The position numbers were made by a program, and so were the translations under genes. The notes under the pieces are model-generated. The model saw only the letters and a list, made by a program, of their open reading frames with translations, did not search any database and was not told the DNA's origin. DNA of 64,000 nt, taken from assembly GCA_964611435.1 (NCBI GenBank), contig CAZSXT010000010.1, positions 26,336 to 90,335 of the forward strand, given 5' to 3'. Positions 59,357 to 64,000 of this stretch are shown piece by piece; the stretch's first letter is position 1, and every line of letters starts with the position of its first letter. Source of the DNA: an uncultured Rhodospirillaceae bacterium (GTDB taxonomy: Bacteria > Pseudomonadota > Alphaproteobacteria > Rhodospirillales > UBA2165).

Positions 59357-59971
59357 TTAAGCCGGGGTCACCCGAAGGTTGCGGAAAAATCCTTCGGTGC
59401 CGTTGTCGATGTAGAGCCCAATCCCGCCCCGATGGTCCGGGCCGTGCTTGAGATCATTGACGATGATGGTTGGTTGTTCCTGATCATGGACAAACAGTTT
59501 GGCCCGCTCGCCAGCAACCTCGATCCGCATTTTGGTCCAGGCGCCGGTAATCAGGTCCACATAGGCTTCGTAGTGGCCGGGGACTTCTGTCCGCAGCCGG
59601 TCGAACTTCCAGTCCGGATAGGAAAAATATTGTGTCGCCCGGTTGCGGCGGAGCTGCACCTCTGCCCGGCCGTTGGTCGGGCGCAGATACATGCATTCAA
59701 ATGCCGACAGATCCTCGGCAATGCGAAACGCCACGCCGATAAAGCCCCGCGCTTCGGGAAAGGCGTCAGGCAGGGGCCGGCCGGCCACCTCGATCTCGAT
59801 GGTCCCGTTGTGGAACTCCAAATCCTTGATCCGGGCGAAGGTCGGGTTGTCGGGCGTCTCGGCATCCGGGGTCAGAACCAGCCGGGTGGCGGGGCTGCCC
59901 TCGTGTTCCGCTTTGGACGGGATCACGTCATTGGGCAGCAGATTGTCCAGTGCAATGGAAATTTCGGCCAT
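59357..59971 (-). CDS. DUF1080 (3-keto-disaccharide hydrolase-like, LamG jelly-roll) domain protein
   Basis: FHNGTIEIEV...GFIGVAFR...MRIEVAGERAKLFV...GGIGLYIDNGTEGFFRNLRV resembles the DUF1080 pattern; no signal peptide. Confidence 0.65.
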   Translation of the reverse strand: MAEISIALDNLLPNDVIPSKAEHEGSPATRLVLTPDAETPDNPTFARIKDLEFHNGTIEIEVAGRPLPDAFPEARGFIGVAFRIAEDLSAFECMYLRPTNGRAEVQLRRNRATQYFSYPDWKFDRLRTEVPGHYEAYVDLITGAWTKMRIEVAGERAKLFVHDQEQPTIIVNDLKHGPDHRGGIGLYIDNGTEGFFRNLRVTPA

Positions 59972-59981
59972 GGTGCGCGTC

Positions 59982-61112
59982 CTATCCCAAAACTTCTGTC
60001 ACGATGCCGACATAATCGTCGCGGTTGGGCGCAACCGGCGCTGCATGGTTGAAGTAGCTGCCGTGGGCGTCGTCGATCATCCGATCCAGATCATTCTTGT
60101 CGTAACCCATCTTGCGCACCGTGTCAGGCAGGCCAAGCTTGTCGTTCAGTTCGGCCGTCGCGTCGGCGATCCGGTTGCCGGCGTCCGCATCAGGGGTGAG
60201 GCGCATGGCCTCCGCCACCTGGGCGAGGCGCACCTCGGCCCGGCCGTTATAAAACCGCATGACTGCCGGCATGGCGACAGTCACCAGGGTGCCGTGGTGT
60301 AAGGGGCTGTCGCCGAACGCCATGGAAAGCGCATGGATCGGCCCCAGACCCATATAGATAGACATACCGCCCTGTAGCGCCGCCATGGCCATTTCCGAGC
60401 GCGCCACCCGGTCGCCGCCGTCGGCCGTGGCCCGTTCCACGAAATCCACCACCCGGCGGATGCCGTCCAGCGCGATGGCTTCCCCCGGCGGGTTGGAGGC
60501 GTTGGAGAGATATCCTTCCACACAATGGGTCAGCGCATCCATGCCCGTCGCCGCGGTTAGACGCGGCGGCAGGGTCAGGGTCACCGTCGGATCGACAATG
60601 GCCACATCCGGTTTGACATTGGGACTGCGGATGCCCATGGCCGGCGCATTCGTTTCCGGATGTATGCCGCCGCCGAAGGTGACCTCAGCCCCGGTGCCCG
60701 CCGTGGTGGGGATGGTAATATAGGGCGCGACGTCCTTGGTGATCTTGGCCGGGTCCTTCAGATAATCCATCACCTCGCCGCCCTGAAGCGCAACCACCCG
60801 GAGCGCCTTGCCGCTGTCCAGGACAGAGCCCCCGCCAAGCGCGATGATCCCGTTGCATTTTTCAGTCTTATAGACGGCCAAGGCGGCATCGATGCCGGCG
60901 ATGGTCGGGTTTTCCGGAATTTCGCCGTACATGGCTACGTTCATAGTCGGAGGTAGTGTTTCCCGAACCACTTGGTAGACACCGTGCTCAACCAAGCCTT
61001 TGTCGGTGATGATCAACGGACGATCGACACCTCGGGCCGAAAGCTCGTTCTCGAGCTCCGCCAGAGCGCCGAATCCGAAATGAACTGGGGGGTATGCGGG
61101 TATAAAACTCAT
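59982..61112 (-). CDS. Iron-containing (group III) alcohol dehydrogenase
   Basis: GGGSVLDSGKA, TTAGTGAEVT and histidine-rich metal-site region; ATG 61112 preceded by agggagagagag. Confidence 0.9.
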   Translation of the reverse strand: MSFIPAYPPVHFGFGALAELENELSARGVDRPLIITDKGLVEHGVYQVVRETLPPTMNVAMYGEIPENPTIAGIDAALAVYKTEKCNGIIALGGGSVLDSGKALRVVALQGGEVMDYLKDPAKITKDVAPYITIPTTAGTGAEVTFGGGIHPETNAPAMGIRSPNVKPDVAIVDPTVTLTLPPRLTAATGMDALTHCVEGYLSNASNPPGEAIALDGIRRVVDFVERATADGGDRVARSEMAMAALQGGMSIYMGLGPIHALSMAFGDSPLHHGTLVTVAMPAVMRFYNGRAEVRLAQVAEAMRLTPDADAGNRIADATAELNDKLGLPDTVRKMGYDKNDLDRMIDDAHGSYFNHAAPVAPNRDDYVGIVTEVLG

Positions 61113-61123
61113 CTCTCTCTCCC

Positions 61124-61930
61124 TTAGGCCTTGGCGCGCTCGGCATCGATGATCGCCTCGGCCTGAGGCCAGGACTTGGCGCCGTTGTTCTTCATCGAGG
61201 TCCGCAGCGCCTCCGGCAGCCACTCGAAAATAGCGGGGTGGAAGCTGGGCCGCGCCTTGATCTTCTCCCACCAGGCCTCAAGATGCGGCATCTTGCCCTC
61301 CCAGATACCGGCCATGGAGAGGCAATCGATTCGGTTCACATAAATACTCAGCGCCGCATCGGCGAAGGTATAACTGTCGCCCACCAGCCATTCATTCTCG
61401 GCCAGCGCCTCGTCCATTTTTTCGAAGGCCCGGACAAACGTCATCAACGCGCCTTTGGCTTCTTCGTAGTCGAAACCGTCATAGATGGCCCGGCGTTTGG
61501 CCTCCCGGCGGGCCGGTTCAATTGGGCTGTTGATAAACGCTTCCCGCTCTTCTTCGGACATTTCCAAAATATGAAACCGATGGGACGCGGCGTAGGTCAC
61601 CACCCGGGTGGCGGGGTGGATTTCCTCGTCCACAGCTTTGCTCCAGAGCCGCACCTTGACCGCTTTGACCGGGTCCTCGGGGATTAATTTGATCTCGGGA
61701 AACTTGGTGTCGAGATATTCGCAGATCACGGTGGATTCGGGGATAATGAGCCCGTCGTCAACCAACGTTGGCACCACGCATTTTGGGTTGATCTTACGAT
61801 ACTCATCCTTGAACTGTTCCCCGTTCAAGATGTCGATATAGTGACCTTCCCAATCCAGTTCCTTTTCCGCGAGGACCATGCGCACCTTTGCGGCGCAGGC
61901 GGACGAGCCGTGATGATAGAGCTCCAGCAT
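61124..61930 (-). CDS. Glutathione S-transferase family protein
   Basis: Thioredoxin-like N-domain MLELYHHGSSACAAKVRMVL...VVPTLVDDGLIIPESTVICEYL; the ORF extension beyond ATG 61930 is rejected. Confidence 0.85.
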   Translation of the reverse strand: MLELYHHGSSACAAKVRMVLAEKELDWEGHYIDILNGEQFKDEYRKINPKCVVPTLVDDGLIIPESTVICEYLDTKFPEIKLIPEDPVKAVKVRLWSKAVDEEIHPATRVVTYAASHRFHILEMSEEEREAFINSPIEPARREAKRRAIYDGFDYEEAKGALMTFVRAFEKMDEALAENEWLVGDSYTFADAALSIYVNRIDCLSMAGIWEGKMPHLEAWWEKIKARPSFHPAIFEWLPEALRTSMKNNGAKSWPQAEAIIDAERAKA

Positions 61931-62048
61931 TTTTGGCAGCCTCCCCGGAGGTTGTTTTTCGCCCAGTGAACGTTTGATTGATCCGATATTGTCATGGTGG
62001 ACGGCGTCTTTCAAACTGCTCGAAACGAATTTTCAGGGAGAGAAAATC

Positions 62049-63689
62049 ATGGTCGCCTTTGCCGAACCGCCCCGGGTGGAGAAAAACCCGAACGAACGGG
62101 TGCCCCTTGTCGCCATGGTGTATTTCAAGACGAACGAGCCGGTCACCACAACGATCTTAGTGGATGATGGCCGAAAGCAGCGCTCGGTCACCTATGGGCC
62201 GGACAAGGACCCGGCGGCAGGCCTGCCGATTATCGGCATGCGCGCGGCGACGGATCATAAGATCACGGTTTTAGTTTCGGGGGACGGCGATGCGCCGGAC
62301 CCGGTGGAGCTTGCCTATCACACGCCGGCCTTGCCCGATGACGGCGCGATCATTCCTCGGCTGACTCTGGTCAGTGCCAAGCCGGACGAGATGGAACCCG
62401 GTTTCACACTGCTCTCTATCCGCCGCCGGCCGGTGAACCGGGCCATCTGGATGAGCCCGAAGCAGTTCCTGTTTCAAACCCGTTGGAGCCTTATTGCCGC
62501 CATCGACGAGGAGGCCGAGATCGTCTGGTATTACATCGCCGACAGCCGGGTCGCCGGGGTGCATCAGCTGCAAAACGGCAATCTGTTTTTCCATCATGTC
62601 AACTTCCGATCCATCGAGATGGATATGTGCGGCAACGTGATCAACCAGTTCCACGCCACCAACCGCCCCTGGGGCGAGGTCGAAAACTCCATCGGGATTG
62701 AAGCCGATAGCCTGCATCATCAGCCCCACGAAATGCCGAACGGCAACTATCTGGCGCTGACCGCCAACGCCCGCGAGATTGACAACTATTACACCAGCGA
62801 GGATGACCCGGACGCGCCCCGCGCGACGCAAAAAGTGGTCGGCGACAATATTGTCGAATTCACGCCCGAGGGCGAGATCGTCTGGAATTGGAACACGTTC
62901 GATTATCTGGACCCGATGCGGATCGGATTTCATCTGTTGGAGCCTTATTGGCACACGCGAGGATTTCCCAATCATCTGGATTGGACTCACGGTAACGGGG
63001 TGACCTATGACCCCCACGACGACAGCGTGCTGGTGTCCCTCCGCCATCAGGATGCGATTATCAAGATCGACCGGAAGACCAAGGAGATAAAGTGGATCCT
63101 GGGCGATCATGCGGGCTGGGAAAGGCCACTGAAGGAGAAACTCCTCACACCCGCGCACGAGCTCCGCTGGCACTATCACGGCCACAATCCGAGGGTCACC
63201 GGCGAAAATCAATTTGTCATGTACGATAACGGTATCTGCCGGGCGATGCCCTTCCACGGGGAACAAGTGCCGCCGGCTCAATGCTTTGCCCGCGCGGTGG
63301 AGTACAAGGTCGATCCGGACAAGATGGAAGTGTCGGAAGTCTGGGTCTCTGGCAATGACGAGTCAGAGGACCGGGTGATTTCCTGGGCCATGGGCGACGC
63401 CCATCGGTTGCCCGAGACAGACAACATGCTGGTGATCGATTCCTTTTGTACGCCCGAAGGCCCGGAGCTCAACCGTATGGGGACCATCATGGTGGATGAC
63501 CTGACCTGGAACGAATGGCGGCGCGATGAATGGACCCCCAACGATTTCGCCACCTGGGGGCGTATCCGGGAAATGAAGCGGGACGGCGGCCGGGAGGTGG
63601 TCTTCGAGGTCAAAGTCGATCACGAACACGATATTGTCGGTTGGGAGGTGTTCGGCGGGGCGCGGGTCAGATCCCTGCGGGTGGACTAG
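62049..63689 (+). CDS. Arylsulfotransferase (ASST) family protein, no signal peptide
   Basis: DWTHGNGVTYDPHDDSVLVSLRHQDAIIKIDRKTKEIKWILGDHAGWE closely resembles the ASST beta-propeller core as I remember it from E. coli AssT; ATG 62049 after gggagag. Confidence 0.8.
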   Translation: MVAFAEPPRVEKNPNERVPLVAMVYFKTNEPVTTTILVDDGRKQRSVTYGPDKDPAAGLPIIGMRAATDHKITVLVSGDGDAPDPVELAYHTPALPDDGAIIPRLTLVSAKPDEMEPGFTLLSIRRRPVNRAIWMSPKQFLFQTRWSLIAAIDEEAEIVWYYIADSRVAGVHQLQNGNLFFHHVNFRSIEMDMCGNVINQFHATNRPWGEVENSIGIEADSLHHQPHEMPNGNYLALTANAREIDNYYTSEDDPDAPRATQKVVGDNIVEFTPEGEIVWNWNTFDYLDPMRIGFHLLEPYWHTRGFPNHLDWTHGNGVTYDPHDDSVLVSLRHQDAIIKIDRKTKEIKWILGDHAGWERPLKEKLLTPAHELRWHYHGHNPRVTGENQFVMYDNGICRAMPFHGEQVPPAQCFARAVEYKVDPDKMEVSEVWVSGNDESEDRVISWAMGDAHRLPETDNMLVIDSFCTPEGPELNRMGTIMVDDLTWNEWRRDEWTPNDFATWGRIREMKRDGGREVVFEVKVDHEHDIVGWEVFGGARVRSLRVD

Positions 63690-63785
63690 CCCGTGATTTC
63701 ACCAGACGGAACATTACCAGGTTCACTCTCTGTCACGTCTTTGATATGGTCTAGGGTAACAAAAAAAATCTTAAGGGAGAGCATC

Positions 63786-64000
63786 ATGTCACAAAGAATT
63801 TCTAGAATTGCCGTTGCCGCTGCGGCGACCGCCCTGATCGGGGTGGGGGCCTCAAACGCCTCGGCGCAGAACATTCTGCGCGGAGATGCGCCGGGCGTTG
63901 GTTCCGTCAACCACACAATCATGATCGTCTTATCAAAGATTTTGGCCACCAAGGCCGGCATTACCATGCAGGTCAATGAAGGCCAAACGCTGACCCGATC
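63786..64000 (+). CDS. Periplasmic substrate-binding protein, N-terminal fragment (possibly TAXI-type TRAP receptor; 3' end outside window)
   Basis: ATG 63786 after aagggagag; MSQRISRIAVAAAATALIGVGASNASA/QN signal peptide; frame open to the window end; not in the ORF track because it has no stop. Confidence 0.5.
   Translation, partial: MSQRISRIAVAAAATALIGVGASNASAQNILRGDAPGVGSVNHTIMIVLSKILATKAGITMQVNEGQTLTR

Noticed and set aside
1-64000. Search for tRNA, rRNA, tmRNA, CRISPR arrays, transposases, integrases, phage or known defence-system genes
   Set aside because: None was seen. Intergenic gaps are short and were read individually. There are no regularly spaced direct repeats, no cloverleaf-like sequences and no recombinase, Cas or restriction-modification motifs. 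tRNAscan, Infernal and a defence-system HMM scan would be needed to confirm this.

Overview
This 64-kb window looks like core chromosome from a GC-rich alphaproteobacterium. The taxon call rests on GcrA, the msbA-DUF374-waaA-lpxK cluster and a DUF3035 lipoprotein after lspA. GC content was judged by eye, not computed. Coding density is very high: I call about 56 CDS, many joined by 4-nt ATGA/GTGA overlaps.

Recognisable genes:
- Protein quality control and cell wall: clpB (3' part), two M23 peptidases, a periplasmic M16 peptidase pair.
- tRNA and rRNA modification: queH, gluQ, tadA, rluB, rsmD.
- DNA repair: phrB, xseA, mutL.
- Translation, cell cycle and central metabolism: rpsD, gcrA, purD, pgi, pmbA, ubiD.
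- Lipid A / Kdo operon: msbA, DUF374, waaA, lpxK and an LpxL-like acyltransferase.
- The conserved ribF-ileS-lspA block.
- Signalling and regulation: a GAF/HD-GYP protein, and an Lrp/AsnC regulator divergent from metH.
- A heterodimeric ABC exporter pair.
- A right-hand catabolic-looking cluster: GST, Fe-ADH, DUF1080 and GMC oxidoreductase, divergent from an arylsulfotransferase-family gene and a partial substrate-binding protein.

I found no rRNA, tRNA, CRISPR array, transposase, integrase, phage genes or any recognisable defence system. I cannot point to a clear-cut novel system.

The items most worth a second look:
1. An interspersed double-hairpin repeat family, with three copies that all lie 3' of genes and show compensatory stem substitutions.
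2. A TPR-GT9 / DMT transporter / TPR-GT41 module sharing a 92-bp divergent region with the ABC exporter pair, possibly a protein-glycosylation module.
3. An orphan small protein whose C-terminal half resembles the FliG C-terminal (torque-helix) domain.
4. The tightly packed GST-FeADH-DUF1080-GMC operon next to an arylsulfotransferase homologue that lacks a signal peptide.

All functional calls come from motif recognition by eye and from memory of protein families. No database search was run.
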